Positions 45,689-54,901 of a stretch of 64,000 nucleotides of DNA are shown here, piece by piece. The stretch is taken from positions 608,001 through 672,000 of the forward strand of contig OZ219802.1 in NCBI GenBank assembly GCA_964291655.2, in the 5' to 3' direction. Position numbers and translations under genes: made by a program. The first letter of the stretch is position 1; each line of letters opens with the position of its first letter. The stretch comes from Chloroflexota bacterium. Lineage in GTDB: Bacteria; Chloroflexota; UBA11872; VXOZ01. The notes under the pieces are model-generated. The model was not told the DNA's origin. It searched no databases and was given only the letters and a program-made list of their open reading frames with translations.

Positions 45689-47173
45689 ATGTCCGCTTCT
45701 CAACCCAACATCCTGCTTATCACCACTGACCAACAACGGTTCGATACGGTCGGTGACGCCAAACCGCCGTTTCTCCGCACCCCCCACATAGACCTACTGG
45801 GCTACCAAGGCGTGCAGTTCACCCGTGCCTACGCCGATTGCCCGCTCTGCGTACCGGCGCGCGTCGGCATCATGACGGGCACGCAGGTGTACACCCACGG
45901 CGTGGCCAACAACGACCAGACCTCGAATGTGATGGGAAGGGAGGGGACGCTTCCGACTCATCTGCGGGCGTGTGGCTATCAGACTGCCGCCATTGGCAAG
46001 ATGCACTTCGGCCCACAGCGGGTGCGGCATGGCTTTGAAGAGATGATCCTGCCGGATGACTACTACCGTGACATGCGCCATTCCGGCAGCGCGCGGCAAC
46101 CAATGCACCACGGGATCGGCCAGAATGAACTCTACCCTACGTTGGCTACCGTACCGGAGAGCCTCACGCTTACCTCGTGGATTGCTGAGCAATGCGTGGA
46201 GTACATCCGCGTCCGCCGCGATCCTACCCTCCCGTTCTTCCTCTGGTGTTCGTTCGCCAAACCACACCCGCCGCTCGACGCCCCGGAGCCCTACTACTCC
46301 ATGTATCAGAACTCGCCGATACCTGAACCGGCTGTTGGGGCGTGGTGCGACGATGCGGACTGCCCCATTTCGTTCGACCGGCAAGCACAACGGCGCGCTT
46401 TCGACTCTATCCCAGACGAGACTATTCACGCGGCGCGCGCCGTCTATTACGGGTTGATCACCCAGATCGACAACGTTATCGGCCGCCTCATCAGCGCCTT
46501 GGAGGACTGCGGCCTCTTCAATGACACCTTCATCATGTTTGCCTCCGACCACGGCGAAATGCTCGGCGATCACCGCAACGGAGCCAAGACCTTCTTCTAC
46601 GAACCGTCAGCGCACGTGCCATTCATTTTGCGCATGCCGCAGAATTGGGAAAACCGGCACCATGGCACGATGGTGGAAACACCGATCACCCATGCCGACA
46701 TCTTGCCGACACTGGTTGCCGTGGCAGGCGGTAAGCCGCCGGACGATACGGACGGCCAGGACTTGGTCGCGCTGGCACGTGGCAAACTTGAGAACCCGCG
46801 CCGCTATCTGGAAGGCATGAGCGGTCCCCGTTGGCCGCAGGCGGAGCGCATCCCGTGTGTCTACCTGGCGATCACGGATGGGCAGTGGAAGTACATTTGG
46901 TACCCCGAGGGTCCCACGGAACACCTCTTCAATCTCGCTGAAGACCCGGCGGAGCTGCACAATCTCGCCCACGAAACTCGCTTTCAGGCGAAGAAGCAGC
47001 ACCTGCAAGGCGAGCTCGTCGAAAGGCACCAATTACGAGATTCAGCCTACCTTGAAGACGGCAATCTGCCGGTGCGAGACCCACAGGTCGAGACCACTGC
47101 CGACCGCCGCAATACGGCAACCAATCACGCCGGATTCCGCACTGAATACAGTAACGTTGACGTTCGCCACTAG
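45689..47173 (+). CDS. Cys-type sulfatase
   Basis: QPNILLITTDQQR, CVPAR (CxPxR), GKMHF, KPHPPL, SDHGEMLGDH and LFNLAEDP.EL. Confidence 0.92.
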   Translation: MSASQPNILLITTDQQRFDTVGDAKPPFLRTPHIDLLGYQGVQFTRAYADCPLCVPARVGIMTGTQVYTHGVANNDQTSNVMGREGTLPTHLRACGYQTAAIGKMHFGPQRVRHGFEEMILPDDYYRDMRHSGSARQPMHHGIGQNELYPTLATVPESLTLTSWIAEQCVEYIRVRRDPTLPFFLWCSFAKPHPPLDAPEPYYSMYQNSPIPEPAVGAWCDDADCPISFDRQAQRRAFDSIPDETIHAARAVYYGLITQIDNVIGRLISALEDCGLFNDTFIMFASDHGEMLGDHRNGAKTFFYEPSAHVPFILRMPQNWENRHHGTMVETPITHADILPTLVAVAGGKPPDDTDGQDLVALARGKLENPRRYLEGMSGPRWPQAERIPCVYLAITDGQWKYIWYPEGPTEHLFNLAEDPAELHNLAHETRFQAKKQHLQGELVERHQLRDSAYLEDGNLPVRDPQVETTADRRNTATNHAGFRTEYSNVDVRH

Positions 47174-47365
47174 GCGGCAAAGCGCACTGAGAGCTACAAC
47201 GCTACAATAACTTCAAGCACGCCGAAGCCAGTAGCTTATTGAGCGCTCGGCAGCTTGGTGTAACGTGACGGTTATCTGAGGAGGGCAAGAGACTGAATGG
47301 CTACAGACCGTTAGCCTGACCGAGAAGCAAATAGGCATCAGCAGAGGAGAGCAAAGGAGCACATC

Positions 47366-48202
47366 ATGCCCAGCAACTTACTGGAAGTCTTTACGAATTG
47401 TTACGGCCGATACGGCGTGCGCGCGGCGATTGATCTCGCGCCGCAGGCCGGCATCACCCACCTCGAACTCGCCATGAAACAGCACGGCGGTGTCTTGGAG
47501 ATCCCCGAGGATGTCGTCGCCAGCGAAAAGCTCGGAGACGAGGGGATTCAGAACCTTAAGCGCGAGCTCGACGCGAACGGCCTCACCGTGATCAGCGCGA
47601 ATGGGTCAGATAACCTCATGGACCCGGATGGATTTGCCCGTATTGCGGAACGGATGCGCCTCGCGGCTGGCATTGGCGCCAAGTACTTTGTCGGCTTGGG
47701 CGGCGAGCCGGCTGAAGAAGACCGGAAAGACTTCTTTGACAAGATGGGGGCCATTGGCGACGTGGCGGCCAGTCATGGGCTTACCATTGCCCTTGAAACC
47801 CACCCGGGCATTACCCAAAACGCGGATGCAATCTTAGACACGATGCAGGCCCTGCAGCATGACGCCATCCGCATCAACTTCGACACGGGCAACATCCTCT
47901 TCTACAACGAAGGCGCGGATGTGTACGCACAGCTTGAACGCGTTATGGACTACGTAGTGCACATGCATCTCAAGGACAGCCGCGGCGGCTACCGGGACTG
48001 GTACTTTACGGCCATGGGAGACGGCGGCGCCGTAGACTTCGCCCGCATCGCCGAAGTAACCAACAACGCAGGCTTCTTCGGCCCGTATAGCTTGGAGATC
48101 GAGGGCATTAAGGGCGAGCCGGAACCGACTCTGGAGCAGCGCCAGGAGCGTGTCGTCCGCAGCGTGGAGCATCTACGGTCCGTCGGATTTCTCACTGACT
48201 AG
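47366..48202 (+). CDS. Sugar phosphate isomerase/epimerase (xylose-isomerase-like TIM barrel)
   Basis: IALETH, INFDTGN, HMHLKD, G.VDF and SLEIE. Confidence 0.85.
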   Translation: MPSNLLEVFTNCYGRYGVRAAIDLAPQAGITHLELAMKQHGGVLEIPEDVVASEKLGDEGIQNLKRELDANGLTVISANGSDNLMDPDGFARIAERMRLAAGIGAKYFVGLGGEPAEEDRKDFFDKMGAIGDVAASHGLTIALETHPGITQNADAILDTMQALQHDAIRINFDTGNILFYNEGADVYAQLERVMDYVVHMHLKDSRGGYRDWYFTAMGDGGAVDFARIAEVTNNAGFFGPYSLEIEGIKGEPEPTLEQRQERVVRSVEHLRSVGFLTD

Positions 48203-48308
48203 AATTCTTATATGTCCGCGCTCGCCACTTAAGTATTCTAGTACTACTTGCCGGACATTCCAGAACAGTCGCTTGCGAACACAATGCAACTGACGACGGC
48301 CCTAAGCC

Positions 48309-48419
48309 CTAGTGGTTCGGCACTTTAGTTTTGATTGGTAGCGTAGGTTTTCAACCTGCGCAGTTTCCTCTCGCTGTTGCTTACACCTACCCATCAATAC
48401 AATGTTGTTGGACCACTAG
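48309..48419. mobile_element. MITE-like element with CTAG-terminated inverted repeats (copy B)
   Basis: Left arm CTAGTGGTTCGGCACTTTAGTTTTGATTGGTAG; reverse complement of the right arm CTAGTGGTCCAACAACATTGTATTGATGGGTAG. Contains a GTAG-REP hairpin and overlaps the 3' end of 48394..50598. Confidence 0.65.
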
Positions 48420-50598
48420 GCGTGTGCTCCAGCCACTTGTCGAGGAACGGAAACGACTCCTTGGCGTAAATCTCGTGCTTGCCTTCAAAGACTCCCAGCA
48501 CACAGCGGTCGCCGAGACCCAGCCGTGCGTAGTGGGTATGAAGACGCGCGAACTCTACCTCCGCCTCTTTGTAGTAGACCGCCCGGTCTTGCGTGCCCTG
48601 TTCGATGAACAGCGGGCGCGGGCAGATGAGCGACCCAAGATCAGCGTCGGAGAACTCCAAGAGCTGGCCGAGATAGTATTGATGGAATTCGTCCGTCGTG
48701 AAGTACGCGCGGTAGTGCTCGGACTCCACATTGAGTTTTCGGGTGCGTTCATTGAAGAATGCGGAGACCACCGCCACCTTGATGCGGGGTTCCAGCGGCG
48801 TAAGCCAGAGCGTCATGGTCCCGCCCTGGGAGAGTCCGTAGAAGCCAATGCGTTCCGGATCGACCTCCGGCAGCGATTGCAGATAGTCGATCACCTTCAT
48901 CTCGCGCCAGATCTCCAGTCCCATCAAACGCCTGCCAACGACGATAGCTTTGTTATGTAAACGAACGCGCCGCGGCGTCCCATTGATGCAGTGCGGCGCG
49001 AAGACCACGTAGCCCCGTTCCGCCAGGCGCTGACCGTAGCGGTGGTAGGCATCGTCTTGATCCAGCAAGCCGGCGACAGCTTGCACCGCCCCACCGAGCC
49101 CGTGTTGAGTCACCACCGCAGCGCGCGGCGCGGTGATGCCTTTGGGCACCAACAAGTAGCCGAATAGTCGCACCCCCGGCAGCATGCCCAGCGTTACGGC
49201 ATAGACCGTATGGTCCGGACGCTCCACTACCACGCGGCGTTCGGGGGCAAGCGGCACCTGTTCCTCTACCGGCGGCAACCCGCCCATCATCGCCAACCAG
49301 GCTTCGCGGTTCGCCGCTACGGACTCCGTGTAGGCCTCCGCGCTGGCATAGTCTCGCTGCCAACGCTCTTCCCGCACCCCGTATGCCTGATCGGCCAGAC
49401 CGTCCAAGTAGCGATCGTGCTGCCCGTTCGTATCGTCGCGCATGGCTTGGAGGGCTGCATCGTTGACATACACCGGCGGCGGGGGTGTAGCCTCCTCGTC
49501 ATCAGGTGCGGCGTGCCGCTTGGGTGGTTGCCCATCGTTCAACCAACGATCGAGAAAGTCAAAAGCCTCCACACCGTGAATCTCGTGCGGTCCGTCAAAC
49601 TCGCCCCACTCGCAGCGCTCACCGATGCCCAAGCGCTCGTAAATCTCCTTGAGCGGGTAGAACTCCTCGCGGGCGCTCTCGATGTAGTAGGATCTATCCG
49701 TCTGCCCGTGTTCGATCATCACCGGCCGGGGGCAGATGAGCGATGCCAGATCGTAGTCTGAAAACTCAGTGAGGAAGTCCGGCTCGAAGTACGACTGTTC
49801 GCTGGTGTTTATGAAGGGTCGATAGTGAGGCGATGCTACGAGTTGCTTCTTGGTGCGCTCGTTGTAGAAGGCCGAGATGATGGTGGCGCGGATGCGCGGT
49901 TCGAGCGGCGGAAACCAAAGCGCCATCTTGCCGCCTTGGGAGAGGCCGTAGAAGCCGATGCGCTCGTTGTCTACCTCAGGCAGCGATTCCAGCAAATCAA
50001 CCGCCCGGATCTCCCGCCAGATCTCCAGGCCCATAAGGGTGCGCCCGACGAGTAACGCCTTGTTGTGCAGGCGATTGCGCCAATCGACAAAGTTGATGCA
50101 GTGCGGGGCCAGCACCACGTACCCGCGTTCCGCCAACCGCTGGCCATACTTATGATAGGCGTCATCCTCTTCCACCAAACCCGCGATGGAGTGCGGTGTG
50201 CCGCCCATGCCGTGCTGGCAAATGACTGCCGGCCTCGGTCCCGCCAGGCGCTTGGGGACGAGGAGGTGCGCAAACGAGCGGACTCCCGGCAGCGTGCCAA
50301 ACGTAACCGCATAGACGGTATGATCGCTGCGCTCTGCCACTACGTGGAGGTCCGGCTCGAGCGACACGCGCTCTTCCGCCGCCGGCCATATACCCAGCAT
50401 ATCGCGCCAGTGCTCGCGGTTAGGCGCTACAGATTCCGAGTACGCCCGGAGGCTTGAAAAGTCCCGGTGCCACTTTGCCCTCCGCCACTCATACGCCTGG
50501 ATGGCAAGGTTATCGAGGTATCGCTCCAGTTGCGCCGCCTGGTCCCAGCGCACCGACTCTACCGCGTTCGGGGAGGCTACATTGGCTTCTTGGGACAC
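48394..50598 (-). CDS. Internally duplicated alpha/beta hydrolase (dienelactone-hydrolase-like, two complete domains)
   Basis: Two colinear halves, each with QHG.GG, LAERGYVV.AP, RIGFYGLSQGG, LICPRP, G..DR and G.HEI. Confidence 0.85.
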   Translation of the reverse strand: MSQEANVASPNAVESVRWDQAAQLERYLDNLAIQAYEWRRAKWHRDFSSLRAYSESVAPNREHWRDMLGIWPAAEERVSLEPDLHVVAERSDHTVYAVTFGTLPGVRSFAHLLVPKRLAGPRPAVICQHGMGGTPHSIAGLVEEDDAYHKYGQRLAERGYVVLAPHCINFVDWRNRLHNKALLVGRTLMGLEIWREIRAVDLLESLPEVDNERIGFYGLSQGGKMALWFPPLEPRIRATIISAFYNERTKKQLVASPHYRPFINTSEQSYFEPDFLTEFSDYDLASLICPRPVMIEHGQTDRSYYIESAREEFYPLKEIYERLGIGERCEWGEFDGPHEIHGVEAFDFLDRWLNDGQPPKRHAAPDDEEATPPPPVYVNDAALQAMRDDTNGQHDRYLDGLADQAYGVREERWQRDYASAEAYTESVAANREAWLAMMGGLPPVEEQVPLAPERRVVVERPDHTVYAVTLGMLPGVRLFGYLLVPKGITAPRAAVVTQHGLGGAVQAVAGLLDQDDAYHRYGQRLAERGYVVFAPHCINGTPRRVRLHNKAIVVGRRLMGLEIWREMKVIDYLQSLPEVDPERIGFYGLSQGGTMTLWLTPLEPRIKVAVVSAFFNERTRKLNVESEHYRAYFTTDEFHQYYLGQLLEFSDADLGSLICPRPLFIEQGTQDRAVYYKEAEVEFARLHTHYARLGLGDRCVLGVFEGKHEIYAKESFPFLDKWLEHTPSGPTTLY

Positions 50599-50654
50599 GG
50601 CTACGACTCCTTGCTCGTACTCATCTCATAGATATTCAGCTCTGCGCAGACCCG

Positions 50655-50705
50655 CCCTGCGACAGGCTCAGAGCCTGCCCCGTAGTTGCTACGGGGGCGA
50701 ACGGG
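50655..50705. repeat. CGACAGGCTCAG...GGCGAACGG-type palindromic repeat with an inserted hairpin
   Basis: Related to copies at 53571, 59014, 59083 and 59248. Confidence 0.6.
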
Positions 50706-50854
50706 AAGAACAACAGTCCGATCATGCTGAGTGCTGCGCGAAGCCCTTCTCGAAGCACAAAACACCATGTCGAATCAATTTGTGAGAATCCTTCTAGCAC
50801 TTGGGCTCGACTGATGTTCTCTTGCCAATTACGCTCGCTCCTCGTTAGCAAGTC

Positions 50855-50878
50855 GTAGCGCGGGGGCTTGTCCCCCGC
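50855..50878 (+). repeat. GTAG-type REP palindrome, copy 2
   Basis: Identical 24-mer to 7871 and 56231. Confidence 0.85.
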
Positions 50879-51024
50879 TTCTTTGCAAAAGAAGTAAGTA
50901 TCCTCTCGGACAAAGTACTTAGAGGCTATCCAAAACTCTCTGTCACTCCGGCCAGTCTGCCAACAAGCTGGCGCAATGCAGGCCCGCGCATGGAACGGCC
51001 TTGGAGTCCAGGGCGCGCGTTCCT

Positions 51025-51114
51025 CGTCACTCCGGCTTTCGCCGGAGTCCAGCGCACGCGGAAGACTTGGATTCCGCGCCCCCGTGCGGGGGCGAGCTTT
51101 CGCTGAAATGACGG
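51025..51114. repeat. Inverted pair of GTCA(T/C)TCC...GGA(A/G)TCC-type palindromic repeats
   Basis: CGTCACTCCGGCTTTCGCCGGAGTCCAG and TGGATTCCGC...CTTTCGCTGAAATGACGG; related copies at 51961 and 56114. Confidence 0.6.
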
Positions 51115-51218
51115 TACCGAGTGCGGACTTTCCACGCCAGTACAGTACGAGGACTTCTCCGACGCGGTACCATCGGCAAGGGGCAGCCGTCTGCGCAATG
51201 CGGCCTACCCGGAATACT

Positions 51219-51647
51219 CTATCCGTTAGTCTCCGCGCCACGCAAGAAGCGCTCAATCGCCTGGGCTGCAAGCTGATTCACCTTAACGCCGCGGCGTTTC
51301 GCTTCTTGCTCGAGCCGCTGCATCAGCCAGGCGTCTTCCAGAGTCAAACTGAGCGACCGCTCTGTGGAGGCAGTAGCCTGTGGAGCCACCGGCTGATCCT
51401 GAACCACAATCACCTGATCGGTAGCCTCAACCACATGCCCACGGCGACTCTGCGTGAGCGAACGCCACTTTTCTTCAGTCAGCGGTCGTCCCCACGCCTG
51501 TTCGACCTGAGAGCGCGTGATTTCAAGCCTCTTGCCCTCGATCGTAAGCCACGGACCATTCTGGTGCAGTACACCCCCCGTCACGTCCTTGAGCACGGAG
51601 GCGAGTTCGAGGTTCGGCGCGCTCAACTGGATGGTGATACTCGCCAT
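51219..51647 (-). CDS. Hypothetical protein with a C-terminal ribbon-helix-helix-like DNA-binding motif
   Basis: GAGGAG RBS before the ATG; C-terminal SLSLTLEDAWLMQRLEQEAKRRGVKVNQLAAQAIERFL resembles the CopG/RHH pattern. Confidence 0.65.
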   Translation of the reverse strand: MASITIQLSAPNLELASVLKDVTGGVLHQNGPWLTIEGKRLEITRSQVEQAWGRPLTEEKWRSLTQSRRGHVVEATDQVIVVQDQPVAPQATASTERSLSLTLEDAWLMQRLEQEAKRRGVKVNQLAAQAIERFLRGAETNG

Positions 51648-51960
51648 AACGATTACTCCTCGCATGAGGCGTTTCGTCAGTAACTAAGCCCATTAGACCA
51701 TACGCCCAATCCTGTAACAAGCTCATAGTGGTGACTAATGACGCTTTTCCCTTGGAGGACCGCTCGCATTGCCGAAGCAGCTGTGCCAGAGTCACTCTGC
51801 AATGAGGAGACCCTTGGTTGATTTCGGCTGGCAATACCAGACCGGCTGCACTCCCTGGGGAGCCTCTGCAAAACCCTTTCCCCCGCGATGGGAAAGTCCG
51901 GGTGGAGAGGGGTGAAACTTGGCTTCATAGCTAGCAATCGCAGGCTACCCTCTATACTTC

Positions 51961-51988
51961 TGGATTCCGGCATTCGCCGGAATGACGG
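51961..51988. repeat. GGATTCC...GGAATGACGG palindromic repeat
   Basis: TGGATTCCGGCATTCGCCGGAATGACGG. Confidence 0.6.
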
Positions 51989-52368
51989 AGTCATTTAGTG
52001 GTCTCCTGGAGAGAAGGCCGGTATGAGAATGCAATCTCGTCAATAGAACCCAATCTCCCTCATCCATTCGAGCTATGCAGGGGTATCCGTTGGGTCACCA
52101 TTCAACTCTCCTTGACCATTCGCCGCCGTGTCGGTTACGCTCAATGCCGTAGCAAAGCGGCGAGAATTGTCTTTCACCCGTCAATGAAGGGTGTCTCCCA
52201 AACGGGTTAGCTCCCAGAGATTCAGACACTCCGGCGTCCCCTTTGTTTCACTATGAGAAACCAAGACGACACTGCCCGAACACGCAGCAACGAAATCAAT
52301 ACAGACGACAGAATCTAAGCTGAATCCCCGCACCATAGTCGAACGCCAATTGACGAAAGGATGAGCCT

Positions 52369-53505
52369 GTGCAAGACATCAATGTTGCCCTGGTGGGCCA
52401 TCGCTTCATGGGCAAAGCACACACCCATGCATATCGTGACGTAAACCTCTTTTTTCCGTCGGTGCCGTACCGGCCCCGCCTCAAAGTGATAGCGGGGCGC
52501 GACGCCGCGTCGGTGCAAGAAGCCGCGGACCTACTAGGTTGGGAAGAATCATCCACAGACTGGCAAGAGGCCGTCACACGTGATGACATTGACCTCGTGG
52601 ACGTCGCTACGCCAAACCACCTGCACGCAGACGTGGCCATTGCCGCCGCAGAGGCCGGCAAGCAGGTGATCTGCGAGAAGCCGCTTGCCGTGACCGTACC
52701 GGAAGCGCGCTCTATGGTTGAAGCCGTGAAGAAGGCAGGCGTGAGCAACACCATTTGCTTTCACTTTCGGCGTTACCCGGCGGTTCGACTCGCAAGGAAG
52801 CTGATCGAGGATGGCGAACTTGGCGACATCTACCACTTTCGCGGGTGGTTTCTGGCTGAACGCTTCGCCGATCCGGCTACGCCGCTCGGCTGGCGCATGC
52901 AGCAGGAATACGCCGGTTTTGGAGTCTTCGGTGACCTTGGTTCGCACGTGCTTGACATTGCTCGTTACCTGTTAGGCGACGTACGCAGCGTTTGCGGCAA
53001 CTTCGCAACCTACATTAAGGAGCGTCCCACGCCTGAGGGCGGCAGCGGCGCGGTGACCGTTGATGATTGCGCGCAGGTCCTCATGCAGTTTACCAACGGC
53101 GCGCAAGGCATGCTGGAAGTAACCAAACTGGCACGTGGCAACAAGAATAACTTCGGCTTTGAAGTGAACGGGAGCAAGGGGTCGATCCGTTTCTACTTCG
53201 AGCGATTGAATGAATTGCAGTACTACTGCGGTGACGATCCGGGACCGCTTACGGGCTTCCGTACCATCCATGCCTCGGACTCTGTCCAGCACGACTATAT
53301 GCACGGCTACTGGCCTGCCGCCGCCCACAGCATCGGCTATGGCGAAGCCTTCATCCACATCGTCAAGGACTTCTTGGAAGCGCTGGGCAGCGGCGAGGCC
53401 ATGAGACCAGACTTCGTTGACGGTCTGCGCGTGCAGGAGATCATGGAAGCGGTCGGAACGTCGGTGCAAGACCGCGGCTGGGTGGATGTGGCGGCGCCGG
53501 AGTAG
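52369..53505 (+). CDS. Gfo/Idh/MocA family oxidoreductase
   Basis: ALVGHRFMGKAH, ATPNHLH, VICEKPLA, GDLGSH..D and PDFVDG. Confidence 0.92.
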   Translation: MQDINVALVGHRFMGKAHTHAYRDVNLFFPSVPYRPRLKVIAGRDAASVQEAADLLGWEESSTDWQEAVTRDDIDLVDVATPNHLHADVAIAAAEAGKQVICEKPLAVTVPEARSMVEAVKKAGVSNTICFHFRRYPAVRLARKLIEDGELGDIYHFRGWFLAERFADPATPLGWRMQQEYAGFGVFGDLGSHVLDIARYLLGDVRSVCGNFATYIKERPTPEGGSGAVTVDDCAQVLMQFTNGAQGMLEVTKLARGNKNNFGFEVNGSKGSIRFYFERLNELQYYCGDDPGPLTGFRTIHASDSVQHDYMHGYWPAAAHSIGYGEAFIHIVKDFLEALGSGEAMRPDFVDGLRVQEIMEAVGTSVQDRGWVDVAAPE

Positions 53506-53570
53506 CGCCGGGTGTCAACGAATGCTGGTCATGCCCGAATAGTGTCGTATAGGCAATTCGACACGCCGCG

Positions 53571-53630
53571 CTCCGTTCATACTTCGACAAGCCTGTACTG
53601 AGCTTGCCGAAGTGCTCAGCACGAACGGAG
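53571..53630. repeat. CTTCGACAAGC...TCAGCACGAACGG-type palindromic repeat with a nested insert
   Basis: CTCCGTTC...GAACGGAG outer arms; the internal segment is shared with 59083. Confidence 0.6.
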
Positions 53631-53860
53631 CGTTCGCGCCAGTGGCAGATTCTTGTTTCCCCCAACAGAATACTTTCCTTGAACAGAACGTCAGCGTAGA
53701 CGGAGTACGAACAGTTTCTTTGTCTTTCGCGGGAAGAGGCCATCGCCTAGGCAACGACCCTGCGCTCGGCAGGGCTCACCGACACCGGCACAGAGTGGTA
53801 CTCTAACTACGATCACACTTGAAGTAATAGTTTTGTCATCAATTCAGGGAGGCGAGATGG

Positions 53861-54709
53861 ATGTATACCAGGTCCTATAATGGCACGAACAAGAAAGTCT
53901 TCTGGCAAGAGATGTGGCGGCACGAGCTCTACGAAGCCTTGAAACATGACCCCGTCGTTATTATCCCCGTTGGATCCATTGAGCAGCACGGCCCCCACAG
54001 TCCCACCGACATCGACATCAGCATCCCCTACTACCTCGCTGCTGAAGCCGCGACCCGAACGGACGACTATCCCATCATCGTGGCACCGCCGGTTTGGACG
54101 GGCTTTACGCACTTCAACATGGGGCACATCGGCACGATCACGGTGGCGCTTGAGACATACATTGCCGTCCTCTGCGACGTTTGCCGCAGTATCAAGGCGA
54201 ATGGCTTCGAGCGCATGATCATGCTCAATGGCCACGGCGGCAACGTGGCTCCCACGCAAACGACTTCCGTCAAGCTCGCCCAGGAGGACATCTGGTCTCT
54301 GCACATTACGTACTTCCACATGGTGGAGGACGAACTCAAGGAGTGGGGCGACAGCGACGACACCATCGGGCACGGCGGCGAATGGGAGACCTCCCTGCAA
54401 CTCTACTTGCGGGGCCACATGGTCGACCTGGATAAGCGGACGCCTAACGGCCTTGCGCCCATGGTCCGCGACCCGGTGGTGGGCAAATTCGCCAAGTGGC
54501 CGGAACGCCGCCGCGAAGCCGATGAGGGCGTGATGGGCGATCCATTTGTGGCCAGCGCGGAGAAAGGCGAACGCATCTTTAACCTCGCCGTTGAACGCCT
54601 CATCTTAGCCTGCAACGAGCTACACAAGTATCCGGTGCGCGGCTATTTCGACCATGGCAGCGACGCCACCCTTGGCCCGCTCTCGCCGGACGCCACGCCG
54701 CCGCGATAA
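53861..54709 (+). CDS. Creatininase-family amidohydrolase
   Basis: PVGSIEQHGPH, TD, NGHGGN, HGGEWETS and GVMGDP..ASAEKG. Confidence 0.92.
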   Translation: MYTRSYNGTNKKVFWQEMWRHELYEALKHDPVVIIPVGSIEQHGPHSPTDIDISIPYYLAAEAATRTDDYPIIVAPPVWTGFTHFNMGHIGTITVALETYIAVLCDVCRSIKANGFERMIMLNGHGGNVAPTQTTSVKLAQEDIWSLHITYFHMVEDELKEWGDSDDTIGHGGEWETSLQLYLRGHMVDLDKRTPNGLAPMVRDPVVGKFAKWPERRREADEGVMGDPFVASAEKGERIFNLAVERLILACNELHKYPVRGYFDHGSDATLGPLSPDATPPR

Positions 54710-54901
54710 GCAACCCTCCACGGACGAGTGGCAATTTGATGCAAACGATATGAGAACGCGCGTTGGCAATGAAGTTTAGTAGGAATGGTCTGTTGCATGT
54801 ACCATTCGCTCTGGACCTGCCAGTCCTGAGCGTGCCGAAGTGTCGCAGGGCAGTTTCTCGCCAAACGCTTTGAAAACTGAACGAAGAAATACTGAAAGGA
54901 A

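Noticed and set aside
36239-46573. Long antisense ORFs (36239..37378, 39482..40444, 40798..42111, 45794..46573)
   Set aside because: These are shadow ORFs opposite well-supported genes in high-GC sequence, with no motifs.
50636-51683. ORFs 50636..51271 (-) and 50976..51683 (+)
   Set aside because: They run through palindromic repeats or lie antisense to the RHH gene; the shared AGDKPPRY peptide is simply the translated REP.
51889-51905. RNase P RNA start (GGAAAGTCCGGG); a similar string occurs on the minus strand near 51125
   Set aside because: The other conserved RNase P elements (for example the 3' ACAGAA..CGGCTTA) are absent; chance matches.
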